DNA of 64,000 nucleotides from Rubripirellula sp. (GTDB taxonomy: Bacteria; Planctomycetota; Planctomycetia; Pirellulales; Pirellulaceae): NCBI GenBank assembly GCA_965216875.1, contig OZ244207.1, positions 3,360,001 through 3,424,000 of the forward strand, written 5' to 3'. Both the position numbers and the translations under genes were made by a program. The notes beneath the pieces were generated by a model. The model was not told the DNA's origin. It saw only the letters and a list, made by a program, of their open reading frames with translations, and searched no databases. Shown in pieces: positions 18,086 through 28,055 of this stretch (its first letter is position 1; every line of letters starts with the position of its first letter).

Positions 18086-20200
18086 ATGCGCAGATTTTCC
18101 CTCGCACCCATCGCCTCGATCGTCACCCTGGTCGCGGCAAGCTGCATTGCCAGCGCCGACGAACCCTACCGTAGGACCGGTCAGGACATCATCGATTTCT
18201 ACCGATCCGCCGCACTTGCCGATCGCGTAGAAACCGGGCTGCAGCTCGTTGGCCCCGAGGATCTCTCGGAGACTCGCGAAGCGTCGGATCAGCTCATCGA
18301 CGAGGAGCTACTGGACGGTACCGCGTTATCGGACGATCTGCTGTTGAACGATCGGGAAGACAGCGTCTTGCTTGACGGCGACGACCTGCTCGGGGGCGAC
18401 GATCTGATTGGGGGCGGGAGTGAGAGTGACCCGCTGAGCGACCTCGGTTCCGAACCGATCGTCTTGCCGCCCCCCAATCAAGTCGACCCGCACGAAGCTC
18501 TATGGACCGAAGACTGCTACCCATCGGCCGAGACCTGCCGCAAGTGCCACCCGAGCCAGTACGAGGAATGGCGCGTGAGCGGTCATGCCTACGCGGCGGT
18601 GTCGCCGATGTTCCATCGATTCGAACAGGCGATGACCGAATACACGCAGGGGACCGTAGGATCCTTTTGCGTTCGGTGCCACTCGCCCGTGGGCACTCAA
18701 TTGAAATACCCTCGATCGGACAGCTACCTCGACGCGCCGCCGGTCGTTCGTGAAGGTGTCACTTGTATCTCCTGCCACCGCGTTCGAGAACACTACTGGC
18801 GCAGCAACGGCGATCGGCGGATTGAACCGGGCAACATTCATCAAGGTGTCGGCGGAACATCCGGAGGCGCCGGAGTCGCCGAAGCAGTCTCAAGAGCGGC
18901 CGAGCTCAAGCTGAAACTGTCAGCCGATGGCTCCGCACATTCCTACCACACCCATTCTTCGCCACACGGCTCTTCTGGACATGGTGGTTCCAATTCTGGC
19001 GCAACCGGTCCGGGCCAACCTATGCATGCTTCGTCGTACTTCTTCGAGCCGCTTAAGAACAGTGATGTCTGCGTTTCCTGTCATCAGGTCGCCGTCCATC
19101 CTGGCATCTGGCTGGAAGTCGTTCACGCGCAATACCGGAGCGGTCCAGCGGCGGAAAAGGGCATCACGTGTCAACAATGTCACATGGGATCGGTTCCAGG
19201 CAAACCAGATGGCTACGATTGGGGACATGTCGCGGAAATCAACGGCAAGCCCTTCGGAGCGCCGCGCAAGAAATCGAGCCACATGTTTTGGGGACCGGGT
19301 TTCTCGATCGCTCACCCAGGCATCTTTCCTCACAATCCTAAGGCCGCCCAGTATTCGCCGCGTCAATGGTTGAAATTCGACTACCGCGCCGGATGGGGCA
19401 CCGAGGCCTTTGAATCCGCAGTGCAGGTGGGAACCTTTTTCCCACCTCCATGGGACAACGCCGACGATCGCCGCGACGCACGCCGCATCATCGACAAGAA
19501 CTTAGCCAAGCTTGACGAGAAACGTGGCTCGGCAATCATCACGATGGAAGCCGGACTCGATGTCGAAGGCCCCTACTTTGGAAAGCAGCCGCGTGTTGGC
19601 CAACCACTCACGGTTCGCTACAAGGTTTCCAACAAGAGCGAAGGACACAACCTTCCAACGGGATCCTTGGGAGCTCAACCGCAGCTATGGCTGAACGTTG
19701 TTTTGATCGATCCTGATGGCTGCCGGGTTTGGGAAAGCGGTTACCTTGACCGCAACGCTGACTTGGCCGACATGCATTCGGTCGAAGTCGCCAAGGGGCG
19801 CATTCGGCGCGATAAAGACCTGTTCAATTTGCAGACCAAGTTCCTGATCAACAACATTCGCGGAACGGATCGCGAGGCGGCATTGCCTCTCAACTTTAGC
19901 CTCGACCAGCTCGCGTTCCTGCGTCCCGGTGCCGTCCCCGTCAGTGTGTTGAACCATCCGCCCTTGATCCGAATGGAAGCACATTCGATTCCTCCATTGG
20001 ATCACCGAATGCCTGCCTATCGGATTCCCGCATCGGCCTTCCGCAAAAAGGGGGCCTATCGGTTGAGCGTTCGGATGCGCAGCCGAACCGAACCTCCCTA
20101 TTTCATGCGTCAAATCCATAGCACACCCGATATGATTCGCCGAATGAGCGAGAACATCTTGGACCTGCGTCAAAGCAGCCGCACGTTCCTGGTGAAGTGA
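18086..20200 (+). CDS. exported pentaheme c-type cytochrome (c554-like N-terminal region)
   Basis: Signal peptide; CRKCH, CVRCH, CISCH, CVSCH and CQQCH; QYEEWRVSGHA; GHNLPTG. Confidence 0.9.
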   Translation: MRRFSLAPIASIVTLVAASCIASADEPYRRTGQDIIDFYRSAALADRVETGLQLVGPEDLSETREASDQLIDEELLDGTALSDDLLLNDREDSVLLDGDDLLGGDDLIGGGSESDPLSDLGSEPIVLPPPNQVDPHEALWTEDCYPSAETCRKCHPSQYEEWRVSGHAYAAVSPMFHRFEQAMTEYTQGTVGSFCVRCHSPVGTQLKYPRSDSYLDAPPVVREGVTCISCHRVREHYWRSNGDRRIEPGNIHQGVGGTSGGAGVAEAVSRAAELKLKLSADGSAHSYHTHSSPHGSSGHGGSNSGATGPGQPMHASSYFFEPLKNSDVCVSCHQVAVHPGIWLEVVHAQYRSGPAAEKGITCQQCHMGSVPGKPDGYDWGHVAEINGKPFGAPRKKSSHMFWGPGFSIAHPGIFPHNPKAAQYSPRQWLKFDYRAGWGTEAFESAVQVGTFFPPPWDNADDRRDARRIIDKNLAKLDEKRGSAIITMEAGLDVEGPYFGKQPRVGQPLTVRYKVSNKSEGHNLPTGSLGAQPQLWLNVVLIDPDGCRVWESGYLDRNADLADMHSVEVAKGRIRRDKDLFNLQTKFLINNIRGTDREAALPLNFSLDQLAFLRPGAVPVSVLNHPPLIRMEAHSIPPLDHRMPAYRIPASAFRKKGAYRLSVRMRSRTEPPYFMRQIHSTPDMIRRMSENILDLRQSSRTFLVK

Positions 20201-20207
20201 AGCAACC

Positions 20208-22043
20208 TTGATCAACCCTTTCAAACACAACCGCTTCCGAGCAAACGTTCGGGCAATCCGAAAACGAGCCGCCCATCGGCTGGTCGTTCTGGGTGCGTTG
20301 TGCGCAAGCTGCATCGGATCGATCGCCCACAACGCGAATGCCGATCCACCGTCCTACGCAACCGCATCGACCTTTCGATTACCAGATCGAACCGTGCCCC
20401 TGCGACTGCCCGCGGTCACCCAGCCGACCTGGGGTGAAGTGTCACCTGAGGGTCTCAGCGAAATCCAAACCGCTGCCGCGTCTGCCATTGGCAGCGAACT
20501 TCAGCCGCCTCGCACGGACGCACAGGGCATCCGAGTCACAGCTCTTGATCCCGTTCGCTTTGATCGCGCGATCGAGGCCTCACTCGCTTCGCTCGTTGCC
20601 GAGTCCGTTCCCTCACACTCAGCGGTCGATCCAGAACCCATTGACTTTGCCCCTTGCGAAAGCGAGGACTGCAGCGATGCAGCTCGCTACGCAAACGACT
20701 TTTCGCCAACGCCGCTGCCGCAAGCTGGCATGTACCACGATGGCGATCGCGAACAATGGGTTTACGATGCGAAGCGAGCGGTCCCGACGCAACACCCGTG
20801 GGTCGAATGGGGACGGATCTTTTATGGGGATGGCATCACGCCGCGCGGTCGCAATTGGTGGGGCAGCAAGAACCTGGCCCGGCCTAAGTTCTATGTGTAC
20901 GGCGACTACCGCACCGCGATTGCTACTGGCCGAAACGCCGTGGGTCGGACGGACAACTGGGGCAATCGACTCAACCTCGATTTTGATCTACAGCTGACCG
21001 ACACCGAACGATTCCACGCGTTCATTGGACCACTCGACAAGGGCGCTCAGGTCACGCGTTGGGAACGAGTTGCAGGCGACTACAAGTATCGTGAGGAGTT
21101 CGACCTTACTCCTGTGACCGGCTACTTCGAAGGTGACCTGGGAGCCATTTTGGGTGCGCTCGACAATCACTCATCACCATTCGAGTTGCCCTTCACAATC
21201 GGCTTGGTCCCACTTCTGTTTCAAAACGGCATTTGGATGGAAGACGCTGTGACGGGCGCTGCTTTTGCATTGCCAGCTCGACATAGCCGCCTTCTCAATT
21301 GGTCCAACTACGATGCCACCTTCTTTGCTGTGGTGGACCAACTCAACAGTCCCGCCTTTGCCAGTGACCATTCAGCACAAGCGTTTGGGACCGCTTGGTT
21401 CATCGAAGCCTATGGCGGATACATCGAAGCGGGATACGCCTACCTGCGTGACCGCAACTTCAGCCAGCTCAGCTACCACAACATCACGGCGAGTTTTACG
21501 CGGCGTTACTTCGACCGCATCAGCAACAGTGTTCGTGTGATCGTCAACACAGGACAAGAACTCGATGATGCCGCGCGGACCGCCGACGGAGTGTTGTTGC
21601 TGGTCGAGAACAGTTGGATCACCGCGGCACCCCTAACCGTCGTCCCCTACGCCAACTTCTTCGTTGGTTGGGACCGCCCCCAATCGGTTGCTCGTGCCGG
21701 CGTTTCGGGAGGCATCTTGCGAAACACAGGAATCAACTTTGACACCGACGGCGTCAATGGCTTGGCGACTCTCGATCCGACGGCCAGCGACACCGCTGGG
21801 TTTAGTCTCGGGATTGATTTGCTTGGACAAGATCTCGACCGACAACTTCTGCTCGAGTTCGCCTACGTCACACCGCACGGCAATAAGAACGCTTCCGTTC
21901 CAGACGACCAATACGGTGTTGCGGCCCGCTATCAGTTTCCGATTTCGCATCGGACACTCTTGCGATTCGACACCCTCTATGGCTGGCGTCGAGGCCTACA
22001 TGACGTCTACGGAACGCGGATGGAATACCGCTGGAAGTTCTAA
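20208..22043 (+). CDS. predicted outer-membrane beta-barrel (porin-like) protein
   Basis: Alternating aromatic beta-strands (FYVYGDYR, LNLDFDLQL, IEAGYAYL, ARYQFPI) and C-terminal ...RMEYRWKF BamA-type signal. Starts 7 nt after the cytochrome stop. Confidence 0.65.
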   Translation: MINPFKHNRFRANVRAIRKRAAHRLVVLGALCASCIGSIAHNANADPPSYATASTFRLPDRTVPLRLPAVTQPTWGEVSPEGLSEIQTAAASAIGSELQPPRTDAQGIRVTALDPVRFDRAIEASLASLVAESVPSHSAVDPEPIDFAPCESEDCSDAARYANDFSPTPLPQAGMYHDGDREQWVYDAKRAVPTQHPWVEWGRIFYGDGITPRGRNWWGSKNLARPKFYVYGDYRTAIATGRNAVGRTDNWGNRLNLDFDLQLTDTERFHAFIGPLDKGAQVTRWERVAGDYKYREEFDLTPVTGYFEGDLGAILGALDNHSSPFELPFTIGLVPLLFQNGIWMEDAVTGAAFALPARHSRLLNWSNYDATFFAVVDQLNSPAFASDHSAQAFGTAWFIEAYGGYIEAGYAYLRDRNFSQLSYHNITASFTRRYFDRISNSVRVIVNTGQELDDAARTADGVLLLVENSWITAAPLTVVPYANFFVGWDRPQSVARAGVSGGILRNTGINFDTDGVNGLATLDPTASDTAGFSLGIDLLGQDLDRQLLLEFAYVTPHGNKNASVPDDQYGVAARYQFPISHRTLLRFDTLYGWRRGLHDVYGTRMEYRWKF

Positions 22044-22101
22044 GCGTAGGTCATGCTCCGCATGACAATCGAACAGTGTCATGCACAGCATGACCTACCA
22101 G

Positions 22102-22929
22102 CTAAACCCCGCCCTGAGCAATCATCGCGCCGTAGAACCCGCCTGCGATGAAACCCATGATCATCGCGGCAACGAAAAACCGCCAGGTTTCATCCCAATT
22201 CTTAATCACATGATAGAGGATGTAGAAAGGCACAAACATGCACAGAACACCCTTGACGACGTCCTGCTTGAACGCATGGACGACTACCAACAACTGAGCC
22301 CCCATGCTAACCATCTGGCACCCGAGAGCCGCCAAAAAGAAGAACAGAGCAAGTGGGTTAAAGTTGAAATTGGTGTCAACGCGGCGCGATGCATTGACTG
22401 CCAACACGGCAATCGTCAGCCCGCTGCCGATCATGAACAAGACCAGAGCAAGCATCCACCAAGGCATGCCGGCACCGGCGATCATGTCCTTCTGCATCTT
22501 CTTGGCTTCGGCCATATCGGACTCGGCCTTCTGCAGAGCGATCGTCCCCTGGTCGATATCAACGCCAGCGGTCTTGTGCGATTCGTAGCGTTCGCCCGTT
22601 TGTGTGTGGTAGCCACACTTGGTGCACAGCACCGCTCCCGCAGGCATTTCTGCACGACACGCCGGGCAGACCGCTGCGACTTGTTCGCTAAAGCCCTCTT
22701 CGTTGAACAGGTCGTCCATCCGACTGCTCGCTCCCGCCGTAGCTGCTGGACGGGGCGCGGCCGGCCGAGGCGGTGGTTGCTGCGGCGCGGGCTGCTGCGT
22801 TGCACCTTGTTGCGATCCACCAGGTACTTGCAGCACGCTGCCACACGCTGGGCATTTCACCTTTTTTCCCGCATGTTCATCGCGGACGTTCAGCGTTTTA
22901 CCGCACTGACAGCTAAGAGGAATCGGCAT
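22102..22929 (-). CDS. zinc-ribbon-containing membrane protein
   Basis: CQCG...CPACG, Pro/Gln linker, CPAC...CTKCG, then about four TM helices. Confidence 0.8.
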   Translation of the reverse strand: MPIPLSCQCGKTLNVRDEHAGKKVKCPACGSVLQVPGGSQQGATQQPAPQQPPPRPAAPRPAATAGASSRMDDLFNEEGFSEQVAAVCPACRAEMPAGAVLCTKCGYHTQTGERYESHKTAGVDIDQGTIALQKAESDMAEAKKMQKDMIAGAGMPWWMLALVLFMIGSGLTIAVLAVNASRRVDTNFNFNPLALFFFLAALGCQMVSMGAQLLVVVHAFKQDVVKGVLCMFVPFYILYHVIKNWDETWRFFVAAMIMGFIAGGFYGAMIAQGGV

Positions 22930-23055
22930 CGCGGTTCGGTCGAATCGTAGAGGAGACGCAGGAAGTTGGCGGGGCAAGTCCCTATTCTACTTCCTTTTTT
23001 CAAAGGGTCGAAAGGTGACCACCTGGAAGCGAGCTCAAATGTGAGCCCGCCTGCA

Positions 23056-26000
23056 TTACCCCATTTTTCGCTTCAACCGTTCAATATCGGCTTCCACCGA
23101 CTCGCGCCGGCGGATCAATTCAGCGAGCGATTCTCGCTCTTTTTGCACAACTTCTTCGGGGGCACGCGCGACAAAGTTCTCGTTCGAGAGCTTTCCTTCC
23201 TTGCCCGAGATCTGCTTGGTCAACTGTCCCTGCAGCTTTTCGAGTCGGGCAAGCTCCGCTTCGACGTCAATGAACTTCTCGAGGTCGACATGGACATCGA
23301 TGTCGATTGCCGTCAAAGCCATCGGGGCATTCGTCTCGAAAGGCTCAACGCCCGGGCCGAGTTGAACGATGTCGGCACCGCAAAGACCTGCGAAGTAACT
23401 CTGCATCGGTTCAAGCAAACTCTGCGAAGACTCGCTGCAACGGATCGCGACCGGCACGGTTTCCTGAGGTGGGATGTTTTGGCTCGCCCGGATTTGGCGA
23501 ATGGCACTCACCACCTGCTGGAACTCACTGAACTGACGCTCGATCGCTTCGTCATGATGGCTCGCTTCGGCAACGGGCCAATCGGCCAGCATTGCGAACT
23601 TCGAAACCGACTTCGGCTCGGGCACACCGCGCTCGGCGGCGGCATCATTGAGGTGTTCCCAGATCGCTTCGGTAACAAACGGCATCGTTGGATGCAACAA
23701 ACGCAGCAGCGTGTCCAAACCGTGCGCAAGCACAGCCTGGACGGTGGCTCGTTTGTCCGGATCGTTCAAACGCGGTTTGGCGATCTCGACGTAGAAGCTA
23801 CAGAACTCATCCCAAGCAAAGTCGTAAAGAATCCGGCTCGACTCCGCATAGTGGTAATGCTCGATCGCCTCGGTCACTTCCGACGTCACCGTCGACAAGC
23901 GACTCAGCAACCAACGGTCCTCCAGTGGAAGCGATGCCACATCAACCGACTGTGGGGCGTAACCTTCAAAGTTCATCAGTGCGAAGCGAGCGGCATTCCA
24001 CAACTTGTTCACAAAGTTGCGCGCGGTTTCGAAACGTTCCGAAATCACCGGTGCCCGAGGATGCGCACGATCTTCTTCGCTCTCAGCCCACTGTGTCGAA
24101 AAGGTCTTGCCGCATTTGGGGCAGGGAATCGTCTTGAGCTCACGGTTCTTCTTGGTTTGATCAATACGCTCTTCGCAGTGGGGACACTCAAACGACACCG
24201 GCATGCGAACGTCTTGCGTGTCGGTCGCAATTCGGGCCAGTCCAAACCGCAGCGCATCGGGGCCGAATTTGTCGATCACGTCGATCGGATCAACACCGTT
24301 GCCCTTACTCTTGCTCATCGTCTCGCCAAGACCATCAAGGATCTTGGGATGAATAAAGACTTCGCTAAACGGGATCTCACCGAGATTGTTCAGGCCCATC
24401 AAAACCATCCGCGCGACCCACAACGTGATGATGTCACGCGAGGTGATCAACGTGCTGGTGGGATAGAAGTAGTCAAGCTCGGCCGTTTTCTGAGGCCAAC
24501 CGAGCGTGCTGTGTGGCCACAGCGCTGACGAGAACCAAGTATCCAGAACGTCGGGGTCCCGTTCGAGTCCCAGCGCTTCGACCTTTTGCTCGAGCGATTC
24601 GTTCTCTTCACGCAGACAAACGAAGACGAAAACGGTTCCGTCTTCGCTTGCATCGGCGCGCGTGGCAATCTGATCCGATTCCTCAATGGCATTGACTTTC
24701 TCGAGCAACGCATCCGCGTCGGCCTTGCTCGCGCAACTTGCCGACCAAATCGGAATCCGGTGTCCCCACCAAAGCTGACGACTGACCGGCCAATCGCGTT
24801 TTTCGCCCAGCCAATCGAGGTAACCTTTTCGATAACGCTCGGGAAAGATCTTCACGCGTTGGTCTTCAACGGCATCGATCGCCGACTGAGACAACTCGGC
24901 CATCGCCACAAACCACTGATCGGCAAGGTACGGTTCAATGGCGGTCTTGCTGCGGTCACTCAGCGGAAGCTCGATGTCGCGGTCTTCGACATCGCCAAGC
25001 AGTTCGAGCTTTTCCAAGTCGGCAACCACTTGCTTGCGAGCTTGTTTGATCGTCAAGCCAGCGTATTTGCCGCCGTCGCTGTTGATCGTGCCATCCGAAT
25101 TCAAGATGTTGATCATCGGCAGCTCACAGCGCAAACCGACTTCGTAGTCATTCGGGTCGTGCGCGGGGGTGATCTTCACACAACCGCTTCCTAGTTCCGG
25201 CTTGGCCCATTGATCAGCAACCAGCGGAATGGGTCGATCCATCAGCGGCAACATCAATTGACGTCCATCGAGCGCCATGTCGCGAAGCTGCTCAAGCGAA
25301 CCGAGCATCGACGCACGGCGCTCGGCAAGGGCATCGAGCTGCGTTTGGATTGGTTCCTTCTCTTTGTCGGTCGCCTCGTCCAGCTTCTTCTTCAGCTCGG
25401 CTTCGACCTTGTCGAGTGCCTTTGCGGGATCGGGGTGAACGGCAACAGCCGTATCGCCAAGCATCGTCTCGGGACGCGTCGTTGCAATCTCAATCCTCTC
25501 CGGCTCGCCAGGTTTCGGATCGATCACTGGATAGTAGAAGTGCCAGAAGTGACCTTTTTGGGTGACGTTCTTCACTTCGTCATTGCTGACCGCGGTCTGC
25601 AAAAACGTGTCCCAGTTGACCAAACGCTTGCCGCGATAGATCAACGATTTTTCGAATAGGTCAAAGAACGTGGCGCGAACCGCCGCGGCGCACGTTTCAT
25701 CGAGGGTGAATCGGGTACGGTCCCAATCACAACTGCACCCCATTCGCTTGAGTTGTCCGAGGATGCGAGCTTCGTACTGGTCCTTCCATTTCCAAATGCG
25801 CTCGACCAGCGCATCACGACCGAGATCGTGACGCGTCTTGTTCTCATTTTCTTTGAGCCGGCGTTCCACCACGGCCTGGGTCGCGATACCCGCGTGGTCG
25901 GTGCCGGGCATCCAAAGTGCTTCGTAACCTTGCATCCGCTTGGTGCGAATGACAATGTCTTGAAGGGTGTTGTTCAGACCGTGGCCAAGGTGAAGGGCGC

Positions 26001-26142
26001 CGGTCACGTTCGGCGGGGGAATCACGATCGTGAACGGTTTGCGGTCGGGGTTCACTTTCGCTGCGTTGCACTTGGCGTCATCCCACGCCTCTGTAATCTC
26101 TGCAGCCCGCTGGGCATGATCGAATCGAATTGGAATCGTCAT
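23056..26142 (-). CDS. valS: valine--tRNA ligase
   Basis: PPPNVTGALHLGH, GTDHAGIATQ, ATTRPETMLGD, SRQLWWGH, DTWFSS, TMSKS and C-terminal coiled coil. Confidence 0.98.
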   Translation of the reverse strand: MTIPIRFDHAQRAAEITEAWDDAKCNAAKVNPDRKPFTIVIPPPNVTGALHLGHGLNNTLQDIVIRTKRMQGYEALWMPGTDHAGIATQAVVERRLKENENKTRHDLGRDALVERIWKWKDQYEARILGQLKRMGCSCDWDRTRFTLDETCAAAVRATFFDLFEKSLIYRGKRLVNWDTFLQTAVSNDEVKNVTQKGHFWHFYYPVIDPKPGEPERIEIATTRPETMLGDTAVAVHPDPAKALDKVEAELKKKLDEATDKEKEPIQTQLDALAERRASMLGSLEQLRDMALDGRQLMLPLMDRPIPLVADQWAKPELGSGCVKITPAHDPNDYEVGLRCELPMINILNSDGTINSDGGKYAGLTIKQARKQVVADLEKLELLGDVEDRDIELPLSDRSKTAIEPYLADQWFVAMAELSQSAIDAVEDQRVKIFPERYRKGYLDWLGEKRDWPVSRQLWWGHRIPIWSASCASKADADALLEKVNAIEESDQIATRADASEDGTVFVFVCLREENESLEQKVEALGLERDPDVLDTWFSSALWPHSTLGWPQKTAELDYFYPTSTLITSRDIITLWVARMVLMGLNNLGEIPFSEVFIHPKILDGLGETMSKSKGNGVDPIDVIDKFGPDALRFGLARIATDTQDVRMPVSFECPHCEERIDQTKKNRELKTIPCPKCGKTFSTQWAESEEDRAHPRAPVISERFETARNFVNKLWNAARFALMNFEGYAPQSVDVASLPLEDRWLLSRLSTVTSEVTEAIEHYHYAESSRILYDFAWDEFCSFYVEIAKPRLNDPDKRATVQAVLAHGLDTLLRLLHPTMPFVTEAIWEHLNDAAAERGVPEPKSVSKFAMLADWPVAEASHHDEAIERQFSEFQQVVSAIRQIRASQNIPPQETVPVAIRCSESSQSLLEPMQSYFAGLCGADIVQLGPGVEPFETNAPMALTAIDIDVHVDLEKFIDVEAELARLEKLQGQLTKQISGKEGKLSNENFVARAPEEVVQKERESLAELIRRRESVEADIERLKRKMG

Positions 26143-26298
26143 GAAGTTGCTCGTTTCAAAAGCAATGGATGTGTGGTGATCGGCACGAGAACGCAGGGAC
26201 GAGGACCTTGTTAAATCCCCAGTATTGCTCGGGGTTTTCCCGAATCGGGAACGTTCTCGAAGCCGGAAGGGTATCGAACCTGAGAATCGGCTGGAAGG

Positions 26299-27921
26299 TT
26301 ACTCTGCTTTCACGCCGCCCAGAGGCATCGATTCTTTGTGCAATTTGTATTCGACGGCGTCGACAAGGGCCTGCCAACTCGCCTCGATGATGTTTTCGCT
26401 AACACCGATCGTGCCCCACGTTTCGTCGTGGTCGCAGCTTTCGATGTTGACGCGAATCGATGCCGCAGTCCCGCCACCCGACTCGGCACCTTCGCCTGCG
26501 TCGACCACACGGACCTTGTAGTCGACAAGTCGCATGTCTTGCAGGCACGGGTAGTTGTCGAGTAGGGCTTTTCGCAAAGCCGCATCGAGTGCGTTGACCG
26601 GACCATGTCCCTCGGCAGCGTCAAACCAAAGCGTCTCGCCGACCTTCAACTTGATGATCGCCTCGGCAAAGACGACGTTGACATTGCTGTCTCGATCACC
26701 AGCGACGATCCGATACTTGATCGGTTGGAAGTGCGATTGGAACGTTCCGGCGATCCGTTTGACCAACAAGTCGAATGATGCTCCCGCGCTTTCAAACTGA
26801 AAGCCTTGATTCTCAAGCCGAACGACTTCGGCCAAGATCTTGTCCATCAGTTCGCGGTCATCTTCGATGTTGTGCTTGGTCGCAACCGCAACAATGTTAC
26901 TGCGTCCGGAAAGCTCACTCACCAAAATCCGACGTTCGTTGCCTACCAGCGCGGGATCAATGTGCTCGTAGGTTTGCGAGGCCTTGTTGATCGCATGGAC
27001 GTGCATCCCACCTTTGTGTGCAAAGGCGCTCTGTCCAACAAAGGGTTGTCCGTTGCGCCACTGCAAGTTCGCCGTTTCATAGACGAAACGACTCAGCTCG
27101 GTCAGGTGCTGCAGCGAATTGCCGCCAAGGACTTCGTAGCCATTCTTCTTGAGCGCCAAGTTGCCCATCACGGAAAGCAAGTCGGCGTTCCCGCAACGTT
27201 CCCCGATTCCGTTGATCGTGCCTTGCACCTGGGTCGCACCGGCGTCCACTGCGGCAAGCGAGTTGGCAACGGCGAGTTCACCATCGTTATGACAATGGAT
27301 GCCCACTTCGATGTCATAGTCCGAAAGTGCTTCGAGCGTTTTCTGTGTCAGCTCGGCAATTTCTTCAGGCAGCGTGCCACCATTGGTATCGCATAAGACC
27401 ATCCACTTTGCGCCGGCCGACGCGGCTGCCTTGAGTGTCTTGATGGCGTACTCGGGGTTGGCTTTGTAACCATCAAAGAAATGTTCGGCATCGTAAATCA
27501 CGTCGCTGTGCCGACCGAGAAACTCGGCACTTTCACCGATCATCGCCAAGTTCTCGTCAAGGGTTGCGCGAAGCACTTCGATGGCGTGATAGTCCCAAGT
27601 CTTGCCAACCAAAGTTACGCAAGGCGTTTCGGCTCCCACGAGCGCTTGCATCCCGGGATCGTCTTCGGCCTTCATCGACTTGCGCCGCGTCATGCCAAAA
27701 GCACAGACCTTGGTTTTGCCAACGTCGCGCGTCTTGATCTGCTTAAAGAACTCGACGTCTTTCTCGTTGCTAAGTGGATAGCCGCCTTCAATGAAGTCGA
27801 CGCCGATTTCAGCGAGACGTTCGGCAATATTCAGCTTGTCCTGCAAGGAGAAGCTGACGCCTTCACCCTGCGAGCCATCTCGCAGGGTCGTGTCGTAGAT
27901 CAGGATCGGTTTGAGACTCAT
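26299..27921 (-). CDS. cimA: citramalate synthase (LeuA-related, DRE-TIM) with regulatory domain
   Basis: YDTTLRDGSQGE (DG.Q rather than the DRE of LeuA), YDAEHFFDG, CDTNGG, HCHND, GERCGN, FAHKGGMH, GPVNALD..LRKAL and W.TIGVSENIIEASW. Confidence 0.9.
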   Translation of the reverse strand: MSLKPILIYDTTLRDGSQGEGVSFSLQDKLNIAERLAEIGVDFIEGGYPLSNEKDVEFFKQIKTRDVGKTKVCAFGMTRRKSMKAEDDPGMQALVGAETPCVTLVGKTWDYHAIEVLRATLDENLAMIGESAEFLGRHSDVIYDAEHFFDGYKANPEYAIKTLKAAASAGAKWMVLCDTNGGTLPEEIAELTQKTLEALSDYDIEVGIHCHNDGELAVANSLAAVDAGATQVQGTINGIGERCGNADLLSVMGNLALKKNGYEVLGGNSLQHLTELSRFVYETANLQWRNGQPFVGQSAFAHKGGMHVHAINKASQTYEHIDPALVGNERRILVSELSGRSNIVAVATKHNIEDDRELMDKILAEVVRLENQGFQFESAGASFDLLVKRIAGTFQSHFQPIKYRIVAGDRDSNVNVVFAEAIIKLKVGETLWFDAAEGHGPVNALDAALRKALLDNYPCLQDMRLVDYKVRVVDAGEGAESGGGTAASIRVNIESCDHDETWGTIGVSENIIEASWQALVDAVEYKLHKESMPLGGVKAE

Positions 27922-27955
27922 TTTGGTCCGGCTTTGTTTGGAAGCGTTCAATTAC

Positions 27956-27992
27956 GAAAAAACCCCCGAAGCTAAGGTTGGCCTCGGGGGTT
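27956..27992 (-). terminator. intrinsic terminator of the cimA attenuator
   Basis: On the - strand AACCCCCGAGG-ccaaccttag-CTTCGGGGG followed by TTTTTT, about 35 nt before the cimA ATG. Confidence 0.85.
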
Positions 27993-28055
27993 GGATGGTG
28001 TGGCATGAGGATGTGTTGGTTCGAGCGTTGTCGCCCAACTTTTCTCGCCCCCGCG

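Noticed and set aside
22966..24528. 520-aa + strand ORF, and similar long antisense ORFs (31798..33000, 4792..5661, 46774..47634, 59293..60099)
   Set aside because: Antisense shadows of well-supported genes (valS, polX, etc.), expected from codon bias; no motifs of their own.
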